A stretch of 64,000 bases of DNA from a virus. The stretch spans positions 17,029-81,028 of IMG/VR virus record IMGVR_UViG_3300011115_000708. One strand, given 5' to 3'. Shown one piece after another: positions 12,010-21,689 of this stretch. Under the pieces are notes generated by a model. That model was not told where the DNA came from and searched no databases. It worked only from the letters and a program-made list of their open reading frames with translations. Every line of letters starts with the position of its first letter. The first letter of the stretch is position 1. Position numbers and translations under genes: made by a program.

Positions 12010-12192
12010 ATGGACGAGAACTATTCATTTGTTTTTAGGTCGGCATCCATCTCAATAATGAACTCATTGGCCGTGACAATCTCTTTTCTTCCGCAGATAG
12101 AGCAATGGCTAAGGATCACATCTTTATTAACAGCAATCACTTACACACTGATTCTCTCGGTAAAAGCCTTGGCTAAAAAAAAATCCAAATAA
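12010..12192 (+). CDS. Small membrane protein (second holin-like lysis gene)
   Basis: Two hydrophobic segments and a basic tail; similar layout to 28899-29084. Confidence 0.55.
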   Translation: MDENYSFVFRSASISIMNSLAVTISFLPQIEQWLRITSLLTAITYTLILSVKALAKKKSK

Positions 12193-12244
12193 TTTCAGAA
12201 AGTGGTTGACCTACCGCAAAAAGCAGTAGAGTCTCCTGCTGCCG

Positions 12245-12466
12245 ATGAAACCAAAGCTGACCATAAAATCCATCGTGAATCATTTCGGTGGTGCTACCCA
12301 GCTATCAAGACTCCTGTCAAAAGGATGTGAAGTTAGCAAATCTAGCAGAACTGTTGAATCGTGGATTTACAGGGATTCCATCCCTGCAAAGAAACTGATG
12401 GACTTGGTTTTGCTTGGTGACAAGATCGGAAAGCCGCTGGTGCTTGACCAGCACATCCAAAAATAA
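12245..12466 (+). CDS. Cro-like HTH regulator
   Basis: IVNHFGGATQLSRLL...TVESW...IP pattern; first gene of the replication operon. Confidence 0.7.
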   Translation: MKPKLTIKSIVNHFGGATQLSRLLSKGCEVSKSSRTVESWIYRDSIPAKKLMDLVLLGDKIGKPLVLDQHIQK

Positions 12467-12469
12467 AAA

Positions 12470-12880
12470 ATGACACACACTGAAGAGTTGGTCGCTAGTC
12501 GAAAGGCTATCGAAGAGAAGATTGCGGGTTTGAAATCCGAGATCAAAGAAATTGACAGAGCACTTGAGTATATCGCTTGGCCAGTAATGGAACAGCGTCT
12601 GCTTACAGACAACAAAGACCACGGTGAGTTCAAGCTCAATGTGGACGGGATTGTCATCAAGGGCGCTGTCAGGAAGTCAGTAAGTTGGGATTCAGAAAAG
12701 CTGAAGAGCATCGCAAGCACATTGCACCCAGAAGATGCTGCTGAGATTTTCGATGTGAAAGTCTCTATCCCAGAGAAGAATTATCAAATCCTCGTTGAAT
12801 GCGAGCATCCATCTCTAGGAGACATCATGATGGCTCGCGAAGTTAAACTGTCACCATTTACCATTAAAATTGAAGCATGA
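12470..12880 (+). CDS. Hypothetical protein (recombination module)
   Basis: Coiled-coil N-terminus, KSVSWD motif; coupled to the ATPase. Confidence 0.6.
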   Translation: MTHTEELVASRKAIEEKIAGLKSEIKEIDRALEYIAWPVMEQRLLTDNKDHGEFKLNVDGIVIKGAVRKSVSWDSEKLKSIASTLHPEDAAEIFDVKVSIPEKNYQILVECEHPSLGDIMMAREVKLSPFTIKIEA

Positions 12881-13773
12881 ACGGAATCGTAAAGGCTGAC
12901 GACCGCCTAAAGGCTCGTCCAAAAATCAACATCGCATTGTTCGGACAAAGCGGTGTCGGCAAAACCACCCAAGCTCGTACTCTCGTTCCAGAGAGGACTC
13001 TGTTTGTGGATCTTGAAGCAGGAACCCTTGCTATCTCTGGATGGGCTGGGGACGTGTTTGACGTGCGGGAGTTCGCCAAGAACATTGGCGCTCACCCGTG
13101 GGAGATGACCCGTGCTCTCGCCGTGTACATCGGCGGCGCAGATCCAGCAGACCGTAGTGGATTCTATTCCAAGGCTGTCTACGATAAGGTGGTAGAGGTG
13201 TTCGGTGATCCTGCGAGCATGGACAAGTACGACACTGTGTTCATTGACTCCATCACCGTGGCTTCACGCTGGTGCTTCTCATGGGCACAGACACAGCCAG
13301 AGGCGATCAGTGAGAAGAATGGCAAGCCAGACACCAGAGGGGCCTACGGACTCCTTGGACGCGAAATGGTGCGCTGGTTGACCCACCTTCAGCACAGCCC
13401 TAAATCAATCATCGTGGTCGGCATCCTCGACCGAGTCGAAGACGACCTCAAGCGAGTGTCGTACTCTCCTCAGATCGAGGGCGGTAAGACTGGCCGAGAA
13501 ATCAATGGGATCTTCGATCAGGTAATGACAATCGACTACCTGTACGATGATCTTGGAAAGCCAGTGATTTCCGCAGACGGAAAGAAGCAAAGGTGCATCT
13601 ATTGCACCCAGGACAACAAGTTCAACTTCCCAGCTAAGGATCGGTCTGGACGACTCGACTCAATCGAGCCGCCAGACATCGCCTATCTGATGAACAAGAT
13701 CCACAATGGCCCTCGTCTCGACGAAAAAATCATCACCACAATCCAAACACCAACAGTCTCATCTGACCAATAA
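12877..13773 (+). CDS. AAA_24 / Sak4-like ATPase
   Basis: Walker A GQSGVGKT, DLEAG, VFIDSIT, AKDRSG. Confidence 0.85.
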   Translation: MNGIVKADDRLKARPKINIALFGQSGVGKTTQARTLVPERTLFVDLEAGTLAISGWAGDVFDVREFAKNIGAHPWEMTRALAVYIGGADPADRSGFYSKAVYDKVVEVFGDPASMDKYDTVFIDSITVASRWCFSWAQTQPEAISEKNGKPDTRGAYGLLGREMVRWLTHLQHSPKSIIVVGILDRVEDDLKRVSYSPQIEGGKTGREINGIFDQVMTIDYLYDDLGKPVISADGKKQRCIYCTQDNKFNFPAKDRSGRLDSIEPPDIAYLMNKIHNGPRLDEKIITTIQTPTVSSDQ

Positions 13774-13791
13774 CCAAACCAAACTACTACC

Positions 13792-14379
13792 ATGTTCAAC
13801 TCAAAATCTGGAATCCAAGAATCGGCTGCAATTATCCCAGCAGCTACCACATCCAAGGCCGTTCTCATCGTCCGCGAGCTTAAGACCTCGCAGAAGAGTG
13901 GAGCAACCTACCTCGACATCGAGCTTCGATTGGTGGGAGGAAATTACGAAGGCCGCCGTGTCTATGACATGATCATGAATCCATTCTGCCCACTCGCCAG
14001 CGAAGGTGGAAAGAAAATGGGAATCCTTGGACTCACCCGTATTTGTGAGGCAATCGGAATCTTCAAGATTGGAGATGAAGCATCCTACACACGCTATGAA
14101 GGTCGTGGAATCCATGACGTAATCAACGATATTGAAGGTCAAACCGTAGCGGTGAAGCTCAAGATCGAGAAGGGTGAGGATGGCCGCGCAGACCGCAACA
14201 AGGTCAGCGAATGGCTTACACCTAACCCGCTGTCTGGCGGAGCGCACAAGTCGTGGGTAGAGCTTCATACTGGAACTCCCAATCCAGCGACTCGCTCAAC
14301 GGCATTCACTCCGAATCCAACCAGCCAAAATGGAGACACCCCAGCATGGCTAAATGGCCCAGGGAAAGATCCGTTTTGA
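13792..14379 (+). CDS. Single-stranded DNA-binding protein (DUF669-like)
   Basis: SGATYLDIEL...GRRVYD, RNKV, PAW...DPF C-terminus; follows Sak4-like gene. Confidence 0.7.
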   Translation: MFNSKSGIQESAAIIPAATTSKAVLIVRELKTSQKSGATYLDIELRLVGGNYEGRRVYDMIMNPFCPLASEGGKKMGILGLTRICEAIGIFKIGDEASYTRYEGRGIHDVINDIEGQTVAVKLKIEKGEDGRADRNKVSEWLTPNPLSGGAHKSWVELHTGTPNPATRSTAFTPNPTSQNGDTPAWLNGPGKDPF

Positions 14380-14462
14380 TATGATAAATTGAAAAAATTG
14401 GCAGCAAATGCAGACAGAAGTGAAATTGCACTCGCATTTGTTGCCAAATACTTACAAACTAC

Positions 14463-14559
14463 AGCGTCCAGCAGTCAGAGATGGTGTCTGGGGAGAACCC
14501 AGAACGGGTATTTCTCGTGCGATTCCTTGTGAAATACTGACTGCTGGACGCTCTTCTTT
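14463..14559 (+). promoter_or_regulatory. Structured cis-RNA / attenuator (three-way junction) before the helicase operon
   Basis: Perfect 16-bp inverted repeat (14463-14478/14537-14552) enclosing two internal stems, followed by CTTCTTT. Confidence 0.55.
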
Positions 14560-14567
14560 ACAAAAAG

Positions 14568-14885
14568 ATGAGAAAAATCGAATTCGCCATTCAAATTACG
14601 AATTGGCTCGCAAGACAGGACGACTTCAGTCCAATCCACGCACTCTGTTTGATGTGCGTTTCAGACGGTAGAACCACAGTTGCTCGCATCCTCGGCAGAA
14701 TAAGCGGAGTTAATGAGGTTGACATGAGAGATGCCGTTATTGACCTCCACAAATCTGGCTACATCGAATGTGATCACGGCAAGAAGAATCACATTGGATC
14801 TCCCAAGTGTGAATGCTGGCTCTCGACTCGGGGAGCAATTGTGATTTCAAAAATCCTTAACCCAGCAAAAAAAGATGCAGCTTAG
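14568..14885 (+). CDS. Putative winged-helix protein
   Basis: AVIDLHKSGYIE...WLSTRG pattern. Confidence 0.45.
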   Translation: MRKIEFAIQITNWLARQDDFSPIHALCLMCVSDGRTTVARILGRISGVNEVDMRDAVIDLHKSGYIECDHGKKNHIGSPKCECWLSTRGAIVISKILNPAKKDAA

Positions 14886-16545
14886 ACCACGGCAAGTAAC
14901 ATTCGTTGACCGCTGCCATGCCGCACTGGAATCCAAGGGGAACACCATCGGTGTGGCCACGGTTGGATTCGGCAAGACGATTGCGTTGTCTGCGCTCGCA
15001 GCCAAGTACAAAACTGGGGTGATCCTCCAGCACCGAATCGAACTGCTTGAGCAGAATCGTGACAAGTTCAAGCGGGTGGCCCCAGGAATGAAGGTGGCCA
15101 CCTTTGCCGCAGACCACAAACGGTGGGCCGAGGACGGCCATACGTTTGCCATGATGCAGTCGCTTGTGGGAAACCTAGATATGATGAAGCCAGTGGACAT
15201 CGTCGTCATCGACGAGTCACACCATGCCGAATCCAGTTCGTACAAGAAGATCGTGTCTGAGTGCAAGAACCTCAACCCAGACGTGAAGATCCTGGGAGTG
15301 ACGGCTACGCCTGAGCGCGGTGACGGCAAGGGGCTGAAGTCCATCTTCTCCAATGTCGCAGACATCGTCACACTCCAAGAGATGATTGACTCACGCTTCC
15401 TAGTGAAGCCGCGCACCTACATCATCGACATGGGTGTGAAGGACAAGCTGGGGGATTTGAAGAAGGGCAGCGCTGAATTTAACATGGATGCTGCCGCCAC
15501 TCTCATGGATGTGGAACCAGTCACCACTGAGGTGATAAAGAACTGGATGACACTGGCACAGGATCGTCGGACGATTGGCTTCGCCACCACAGTGGCTCAC
15601 TCGATCAAGATGACCGAGGCATTCGTACAGGCTGGTGTGAGAGCAGAACACGTCGATGGGACTACGCCATCCAGAGAGCGCAAAGCAATCTGGAAGCGTC
15701 TGCGGACAGGTGAGACTCGCGTTGTCTGGAACTGCGCCGTGGCAACCGAGGGATTCGACGAACCAGGAATCGGCTGCGTCATCCTCAATCGGCCATCAAT
15801 GCACCGATCCACGATGATCCAGATGATCGGTCGCGGTCTGCGTACCATTTCTGAGCCACAAAACTACCCTGGACTCATCAAAGACGACTGCATCATACTG
15901 GACTTTGGTGCTTCGCTTCTCACTCATGGAAGCCTAGAAGCCAATACCAGCATTGAGGAGAATGTCTTCAAGGATGGCGAGGCTCCAACGAAGGAATGCC
16001 CAGAGTGCAATTCCGAGATTCCATCTGGATGCAAAACCTGCCCGATCTGTGAGTACGAGTTTCAGACAGGGCCGAAATCCGAGAAGGAACAGTACGGAAA
16101 TTTTGAGATGACCGAGGTGGATCTTCTCAAGCTGTCGCCGTATAGATGGGAGGAAATCTTCACAAACCAAGTCATTGTTGCAGAAGCAATGACAGCAAGC
16201 GCGATTCTCGTTAATTTTCGAGGCACATGGATGGCCTACGGCTTTCGTCTCGACGGTGATCGCAAGACAATGAAGCTCATCACTGTGAGCCATGAGCGCT
16301 TAAACGCGCTGTCGATGGCAGACGACTTCCTCCGCGAGTTCGGTGACGCTACAGCAGCCAAGAAATCAAAGCGGTGGCTAAATGAGCAGTTATCTGACAA
16401 GCAAGCTGCAGTTCTTGGGATAGTAGCCGATCCAACAAAATCAGTGTTTGCCCTAAAGATGAATCGTTATGAGGCATGCTGTAGAATCACTTGGAAGTTT
16501 AATGAGGAAAAAATAAAGAGAAGTATTATGGCGATAAATTCTTGA
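14875..16545 (+). CDS. SF2 (DEAD/H-like, ResIII-type) helicase with C-terminal Zn ribbon
   Basis: TVGFGKT, DESHH, TATPER, EGFD, QMIGRGLR, CPEC..CPIC. Confidence 0.9.
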   Translation: MQLRPRQVTFVDRCHAALESKGNTIGVATVGFGKTIALSALAAKYKTGVILQHRIELLEQNRDKFKRVAPGMKVATFAADHKRWAEDGHTFAMMQSLVGNLDMMKPVDIVVIDESHHAESSSYKKIVSECKNLNPDVKILGVTATPERGDGKGLKSIFSNVADIVTLQEMIDSRFLVKPRTYIIDMGVKDKLGDLKKGSAEFNMDAAATLMDVEPVTTEVIKNWMTLAQDRRTIGFATTVAHSIKMTEAFVQAGVRAEHVDGTTPSRERKAIWKRLRTGETRVVWNCAVATEGFDEPGIGCVILNRPSMHRSTMIQMIGRGLRTISEPQNYPGLIKDDCIILDFGASLLTHGSLEANTSIEENVFKDGEAPTKECPECNSEIPSGCKTCPICEYEFQTGPKSEKEQYGNFEMTEVDLLKLSPYRWEEIFTNQVIVAEAMTASAILVNFRGTWMAYGFRLDGDRKTMKLITVSHERLNALSMADDFLREFGDATAAKKSKRWLNEQLSDKQAAVLGIVADPTKSVFALKMNRYEACCRITWKFNEEKIKRSIMAINS

Positions 16546-16570
16546 CTTTAATTCTAGGAAAAAATAGAAC
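16542..16570 (+). promoter_or_regulatory. Sigma70-like promoter
   Basis: TTGACT-N17-TAGAAC, 10 nt before ATG 16580. Confidence 0.45.
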
Positions 16571-16579
16571 CTCCGAGAC

Positions 16580-16915
16580 ATGAAATTATTCAAGCCGAAA
16601 AGCCAAGACATGGGCGAAATTCATCTTGCTATTGCCAAGGAAATCTTGTCCCTAATCGACCCGCCAATCTCAATTGCATTGGTATTGAAGAACAGGCCGA
16701 GCCACTACATCTCCTCATGGAGAAATGTGCTCTTCCACGTCTTTAACAAGAACATGGGAGTCAACCAGTCATCAATCGCCATGTGGTTCAAGGTGACAGA
16801 ACGCACGGTGTGCAGGGGAATCAATCTCACAAAAGAAGTGCTCTCAAAAGAATCAGATGAGGCACAGCAACTGAAAGAAATCATCAAAAAATCAATCGAG
16901 AAAACAACAAAATGA
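16580..16915 (+). CDS. Small HTH protein (DnaA C-terminal-like)
   Basis: SSIAMWFKVTERTVCRGI helix-turn-helix pattern. Confidence 0.5.
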   Translation: MKLFKPKSQDMGEIHLAIAKEILSLIDPPISIALVLKNRPSHYISSWRNVLFHVFNKNMGVNQSSIAMWFKVTERTVCRGINLTKEVLSKESDEAQQLKEIIKKSIEKTTK

Positions 16916-17661
16916 TCCAGGAACAAATCGACAAAGCAATGATCGCCAAGCAGATGGCGCAAGAAAAAAGAACCTACCTTGGAGCCTCGCGTTGGGGTGA
17001 AGAGTGCATGAGAAGGTTGGCTTACGAGTATCACCACACTCCCGCAGACGGAGAGGAAGACTTCCCAGGCAAGATCCTGCGAATCTTCGACATGGGACAT
17101 GATGGTGAGACTCGCATGACCGAGTACATGCGTCTGGCTGGATTCGATCTTATCACCGAGAAGGCGAACGGCGGACAGATGGGATTCTACGCCATGGACG
17201 GCAAGCTAAAAGGACATTGCGATGGGGTTATTACAGGAGGCCCAGTGGATCTGCCGTATCCGCTAATCTGGGAGCACAAGGCGCTCAACGACAAAAGCTG
17301 GGCAGACACGAAAAAGAAGGGCGTGAAGGAAAGCAAGCCAGTTTACTGGAGCCAGATCCAAACCTACTGCGCCTACCTCGATATTCCCAATGGCGGTCTG
17401 TTCACGGCCATCAACCGCAACACAGGGGAAATCTACTCAGAGCACGTCGAATTTGACCCAGTTGCGGCACAGGCGCTTTCAGACAAGGCAATTAGGATCG
17501 TACAGACACGAATCCCAGAAGAGATGCCAAAGATGAGCAATGATCCGTGCTTCTTCAAATGCGGTTGGTGCTCATTTAGAAAGCGTTGCCACAACATCAA
17601 GGAGATGACCATCTCAACTCCAGCCGCAGCAGCTAAAGAATTTCCATCCTGGCTCAAATGA
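16912..17661 (+). CDS. Cas4-like PD-(D/E)xK exonuclease
   Basis: YLGAS...C, GHCDG, WEHK, QxxxY, CxxCxxxxxC Fe-S ligands. Confidence 0.85.
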   Translation: MIQEQIDKAMIAKQMAQEKRTYLGASRWGEECMRRLAYEYHHTPADGEEDFPGKILRIFDMGHDGETRMTEYMRLAGFDLITEKANGGQMGFYAMDGKLKGHCDGVITGGPVDLPYPLIWEHKALNDKSWADTKKKGVKESKPVYWSQIQTYCAYLDIPNGGLFTAINRNTGEIYSEHVEFDPVAAQALSDKAIRIVQTRIPEEMPKMSNDPCFFKCGWCSFRKRCHNIKEMTISTPAAAAKEFPSWLK

Positions 17662-19937
17662 TCAACCAAGAGGACATCACCACTTACTTGTCCTGCCTAT
17701 TTGCCAATCATGTCTGGGACAAGGACGAGTTCCTTATTACCAGAGGAGTTGGCGAGAAAGGTACGAGACAAGAGGGAATTTACGCTGAAGACCAGCATTT
17801 CCAGCCAGCCTTATTCTCGATCACAGACGCGTTGTTCTCCAGCGCCGAGCGGTATCGGGATCACTTAGTCGGCATGTTTGTCATCCCTGCAATCTTGAAC
17901 GATTCAAGGGCCAAGGAGGAAAATGTGAAGCTGCTTCCAGCACTCATCCTTGATCTGGATGATGTGCCAGCACAGCAGGCGATTGAGTGGCTTGAGGAAG
18001 AAATTGGATCGCCGTCGATGGTGGTGGCAAGCGGAGGCAATAATCAGTACGGCCCAAAGCTCCACGCCTACTACGTCTTTGACGAGCCGCTTCCACCAGC
18101 GAACGTACTGCCACTGGTGACCAACCTAGCATCCATGCTTGGAGCAGACCCGAGTTTTGCCAGAAGGACTCAACCGATCCGAATCCCAGGAACGATCCAC
18201 CAGAAGAATGGAGAAGCGAGCTCAGTCAAGTTGTTGTCATGGAGCTCAGACACGTTCTCAGAGGATGAACTGATCGAGAAGATCAAGAAGGCCGACCCAT
18301 CGCCATGGGCATCTTCCAAGACGATGATGCCGATTGTATCGGCTGGCGTATCGTTCTCATCCACGACATCAACAGACAGCTCGGCCTTGCTAACCACTAC
18401 CATCCGCGAGGGTGGAATGGATGGGATCACTCGATGGGATGCCTTCTCAAAGGTGGCTGGACACTACCTCAGGGTGTGCCGCGAAGGCGGCATAAGCGAA
18501 GCGGAAGCATTCGCTGCTGTCTGCGGATGGACACTGGCTCACATGAGCCCACCGTGGCCAGAGGATCGTATTAAGCAGGAGTTCCGCGCTCTTCTCACAA
18601 GGGAGGTTGGAATCCGTGGCCCAATGCCAGAGATGAAGGCGTACCAGCCAATCGTGTCGGCATCTCACAAATCAGATGGACTTAAAGCCTGGGCCGCTCA
18701 CCGATGGGTGACCGCACCAATTCCGCAACACACGTTCCTGGTGGATGCACTTGTCATCAAGGGCGAGCCACACTTGTTTGTTGCCGAGGGCGGTGCTGGA
18801 AAGACATTCCTCATCGCAGACTTGGCTATGAAGATCGCAGCTTGGCAGGATGGTGACGACACCGACTGGTGCGGCCAGAAGATCAAGAGCGGTGGTACAT
18901 CAGTGCTGATCCTATGCGAGGACTCGCAGACAGAGATGCATATTCGCCTGATGGAGTTGGACAAGACTGGCCTGATCCAGAAAGCTGGTGACAAGCTCAT
19001 CGTGATGCCGATGACGGCAATCGGCGGATCATTCCCGCTCACCGAGCGGAATCCAAAGACTGGACTCTCCACCACCAGCCAGCGCTGGAGCGAAATGCTT
19101 GGTCTGTTGAAACAGCTACCAGACATCGCGCTGGTTGCCATCGACACGCTCAATTCGATCACCCACGGCGATGAGAACTCGGCAGTGATTATCTCCGAGA
19201 TGATGCGTGAGGCACACCGTGTATGCGGCGAGCTTGGCGCTGCCCTTGTGATCAACCACCACCTTCGTAAGTCGAACGAGCCGATCAAGAGCCTAGAGGA
19301 TCTGCGGGATTCAATCCGTGGATCTACTGCTATTCCATCCTACTTCCGAATCAATTTCGGGATGTTCAGAGCGAATGACTGGGAGCGCAGATGCAAGGCG
19401 CTCAACGTGAAGCCAAATAAGAATGCGATCTGGCGCATGGGAATCGCCAAGTGTAACATCATGGGTCTAATTGAAGATGAGCGCACCTTGGTGCGAGTCA
19501 ATGGCGGCGTAGTGGACATGACCAAGCAAGATCCATTCTCCAAGGCAGACACTGGAGAGCGAGTTTCCTGGCTCGTCTTAGCATCACAGATTGCGGCCCA
19601 GGATGGATATCCATTCAGCATGGGCGGCAAGGGGGCATCCAACGGCTACTATGTCAGACGGAACCAGCTTCCAGAGATGCTAGTGAAGCTAGGGCCAATC
19701 GAGATTGGCAAGATATTCGATGCGGCCATGGCTGGAAAGCAGCTCGTATTCGCAACTGCAAAAGGTGGAGCGTCTGCGAAATGGATCGATGTCCCCAGCG
19801 GCCCATACGCCAAGAATGACTCTGGTGAGGAGCTTGCCAAGGGTTCTTGGAAGTTCCCAGACTGGAACGAGTGGGTTTACGATCCATCTCAAGGAATCTG
19901 CGTGAAGAAAAAGAAAAATAACGAGATGACTTTGTGA
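17658..19937 (+). CDS. RepB-type (AEP) primase fused to AAA_25 (RecA-type) helicase
   Basis: LDLDD, SGG..KLHAYY, IRIPG; GGAGKT, IDTL, INHHLRK, IRGS. Confidence 0.85.
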   Translation: MINQEDITTYLSCLFANHVWDKDEFLITRGVGEKGTRQEGIYAEDQHFQPALFSITDALFSSAERYRDHLVGMFVIPAILNDSRAKEENVKLLPALILDLDDVPAQQAIEWLEEEIGSPSMVVASGGNNQYGPKLHAYYVFDEPLPPANVLPLVTNLASMLGADPSFARRTQPIRIPGTIHQKNGEASSVKLLSWSSDTFSEDELIEKIKKADPSPWASSKTMMPIVSAGVSFSSTTSTDSSALLTTTIREGGMDGITRWDAFSKVAGHYLRVCREGGISEAEAFAAVCGWTLAHMSPPWPEDRIKQEFRALLTREVGIRGPMPEMKAYQPIVSASHKSDGLKAWAAHRWVTAPIPQHTFLVDALVIKGEPHLFVAEGGAGKTFLIADLAMKIAAWQDGDDTDWCGQKIKSGGTSVLILCEDSQTEMHIRLMELDKTGLIQKAGDKLIVMPMTAIGGSFPLTERNPKTGLSTTSQRWSEMLGLLKQLPDIALVAIDTLNSITHGDENSAVIISEMMREAHRVCGELGAALVINHHLRKSNEPIKSLEDLRDSIRGSTAIPSYFRINFGMFRANDWERRCKALNVKPNKNAIWRMGIAKCNIMGLIEDERTLVRVNGGVVDMTKQDPFSKADTGERVSWLVLASQIAAQDGYPFSMGGKGASNGYYVRRNQLPEMLVKLGPIEIGKIFDAAMAGKQLVFATAKGGASAKWIDVPSGPYAKNDSGEELAKGSWKFPDWNEWVYDPSQGICVKKKKNNEMTL

Positions 19938-19979
19938 AAAACGATTGACAGATAACTATGAAAAGCTCTCGATAGGCAT

Positions 19980-20174
19980 ATGGAACGTAGCGAATATAAA
20001 GGGCGCAAGTTTTTTGTTGCCTATCGAGAACAAGACCGATCTTTTCGGGTTGACACTCCAGATGGATATTTCATCTTCGACAAGAAAACCACACCAAGAA
20101 GCGCACAGCTTCAAGCCGATTACCTGAAACAAAAATATGAGCGATCCACACAGCGCAGGGAAGGGGACGAATAG
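19980..20174 (+). CDS. Hypothetical protein
   Basis: Short co-oriented ORF in a dense gene array. Confidence 0.4.
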   Translation: MERSEYKGRKFFVAYREQDRSFRVDTPDGYFIFDKKTTPRSAQLQADYLKQKYERSTQRREGDE

Positions 20175-20331
20175 ACGAGCCTATAGCTCTCAAGCATGGC
20201 ATGACAACTTTGACAAGATTGACTTCTCAAAGAAGCCATTCATGGATGAGGTGAAGAAGGTCTGCAATACGGTTGGAAACTGTCAGTGTGCAGATACAGG
20301 AAACGAGATGACCCTTGATGAGATTAAGTGA
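20137..20331 (+). CDS. Hypothetical protein
   Basis: AGKG..RR...W.DNFDKI motif typical of small phage ORFs. Confidence 0.5.
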   Translation: MSDPHSAGKGTNRRAYSSQAWHDNFDKIDFSKKPFMDEVKKVCNTVGNCQCADTGNEMTLDEIK

Positions 20332-20463
20332 TGAAAGTAAAACAACAGACAACATGAAAGAAATACTAACATACGCAGGAATATGGGTCGTTGCATCAAT
20401 CGTGACGATGGTCTTCTGGAATAAATTCGTGGATCATGATGACGAAGATAACTGGCCCAAAAT

Positions 20464-21108
20464 ATGAAAAACAATGATCCAAAGGGTGCAATTGGCGACA
20501 CCAAATCACCGCTAGGGCTAATTCCATCCTGCGCGATGGAACAGACAGCGTGGGTACATAAACTTGGAGCCAAGAAATACGGCCCATACAACTGGCGCAA
20601 GACTGGTGTCTGCGCTACTACCTATGTCAATGCCATCATGCGGCATCTCAATGCCTGGAAGGACGGCGAAACACTAGATCCAGAGAGTGGTTTCTCCCAC
20701 CTGGCTCACATTGCCGCATCCTGCAATATCTTGATGGACGCAGACCACTGTGGAACTCTTGACGATGACCGAGACATTACCCCAGACAATCAGGTAGCAT
20801 TCGATGATTTAACTCCTGTGAAGTCGTTGCCAGACGAGATGTACGACTTCATGAAAGAAGGTGATCGTGTCTGTGAAGGTGATGAAGGGTATTCTGATAC
20901 TGGAGACTATTGGTTTGTCACCGCCTTCAAGACTAAGGACAACTACCGAGTTCCGAAAGGAAGAAAGTACCGCCGTATAAAGAATGGTGGATTAGAGAAA
21001 GAAAGCGTGTCTGCAGATGAATGCAAATGCGGTAGAATCAAGATCAAGCATTTCCTTTTAGGAGTAATCTGCGAAGACTGCGAAGTAAAATGGCAAGACC
21101 CATACTAA
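20464..21108 (+). CDS. dATP/dGTP diphosphohydrolase (DUF5664-like)
   Basis: K..LGLIP, GAKKYG.YNWR, A.MRHL..W..GE.LDPESG..HLAH. Confidence 0.85.
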   Translation: MKNNDPKGAIGDTKSPLGLIPSCAMEQTAWVHKLGAKKYGPYNWRKTGVCATTYVNAIMRHLNAWKDGETLDPESGFSHLAHIAASCNILMDADHCGTLDDDRDITPDNQVAFDDLTPVKSLPDEMYDFMKEGDRVCEGDEGYSDTGDYWFVTAFKTKDNYRVPKGRKYRRIKNGGLEKESVSADECKCGRIKIKHFLLGVICEDCEVKWQDPY

Positions 21109-21266
21109 TGAAACACCCATGCTCACTTTGCGGATCAACGAATTGGCCCGATCCAGAATCACTTTGTCCGTTATGCGATGGGCCTGCCGAACCTGGCCCA
21201 GATCCAGATGAGGACTGCCCAGACCACGACTCGCATGACGAAACTATTTATCAAGAAAATATATGA
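21108..21266 (+). CDS. Small Zn-ribbon protein (52 aa)
   Basis: CSLC...CPLC; coupled to neighbours by TAATG and ATGA; not in ORF track. Confidence 0.55.
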   Translation: MKHPCSLCGSTNWPDPESLCPLCDGPAEPGPDPDEDCPDHDSHDETIYQENI

Positions 21267-21574
21267 GTGATACACCAGAAACAGATAATCAATCATTCGT
21301 TGCAGAACATAACCTCGGTAAAGAACTATGCGTCGAGGCGTGGTTTTGTGAAATCATGGAACGCGAACGAGATGCGTGGAAATTGAACTCTCAATCAAAT
21401 CGTGATGAATATCATAGATTGATGATTGAAGTAGATGATCAGAATTTTCTAATTAAGAACATCATCAAATTACTGGAAATACCGGAGAATCTATCTAAGG
21501 CAGAACATGGTGCTAAAATACATAGAACCATCAAAGAACTGCTTGAGATAAAAAAATACTGCAAAGTACCCTAA
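21263..21574 (+). CDS. Hypothetical protein, MSDTPETD family
   Basis: MSDTPETD...MERERD coiled coil. Confidence 0.65.
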   Translation: MSDTPETDNQSFVAEHNLGKELCVEAWFCEIMERERDAWKLNSQSNRDEYHRLMIEVDDQNFLIKNIIKLLEIPENLSKAEHGAKIHRTIKELLEIKKYCKVP

Positions 21575-21580
21575 CACAAC

Positions 21581-21655
21581 CAGCGATGGACTTGATCGAA
21601 GTCGCCTCGACCGATAAACGAGGAAACGCAGGTAGAGAATCCTGCTCGCTGACCA
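21581..21655 (+). ncRNA. tRNA-like cloverleaf ending in ACCA (non-canonical; loop contains GAT)
   Basis: Stems CAGCGA/TCGCTG, GACTT/AAGTC, CCTCG/CGAGG, GCAGG/CCTGC; 75 nt; intergenic. Confidence 0.55.
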
Positions 21656-21689
21656 CTTTTATGAGAGAACAAAACAACGACGACGAACC

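Larger units (their letters stand above)
1..21107 (+). mobile_element. Phage A (podovirus-like), left part: virion/ejection, lysis and replication modules
   Basis: Co-oriented, tightly coupled phage genes; ejection-protein-like cluster, M15 endolysin, helicase/primase; no CCGG found on manual scan. Confidence 0.85.

Noticed and set aside
16912-17661. Cas4-like gene as sign of a CRISPR-Cas system
   Set aside because: No repeat-spacer array or other cas genes; it sits in an ordinary phage replication module.
20464-21108. DUF5664 dNTPase as evidence of a 2-aminoadenine (Z) genome
   Set aside because: No PurZ, DatZ or DNA polymerase in the window; the gene is common on its own.
21581-21655. Host tRNA used as an att site for prophage integration
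   Set aside because: No integrase or host genes; it lies inside a 2-kb repeat rather than at its edge, and the loops are non-canonical.
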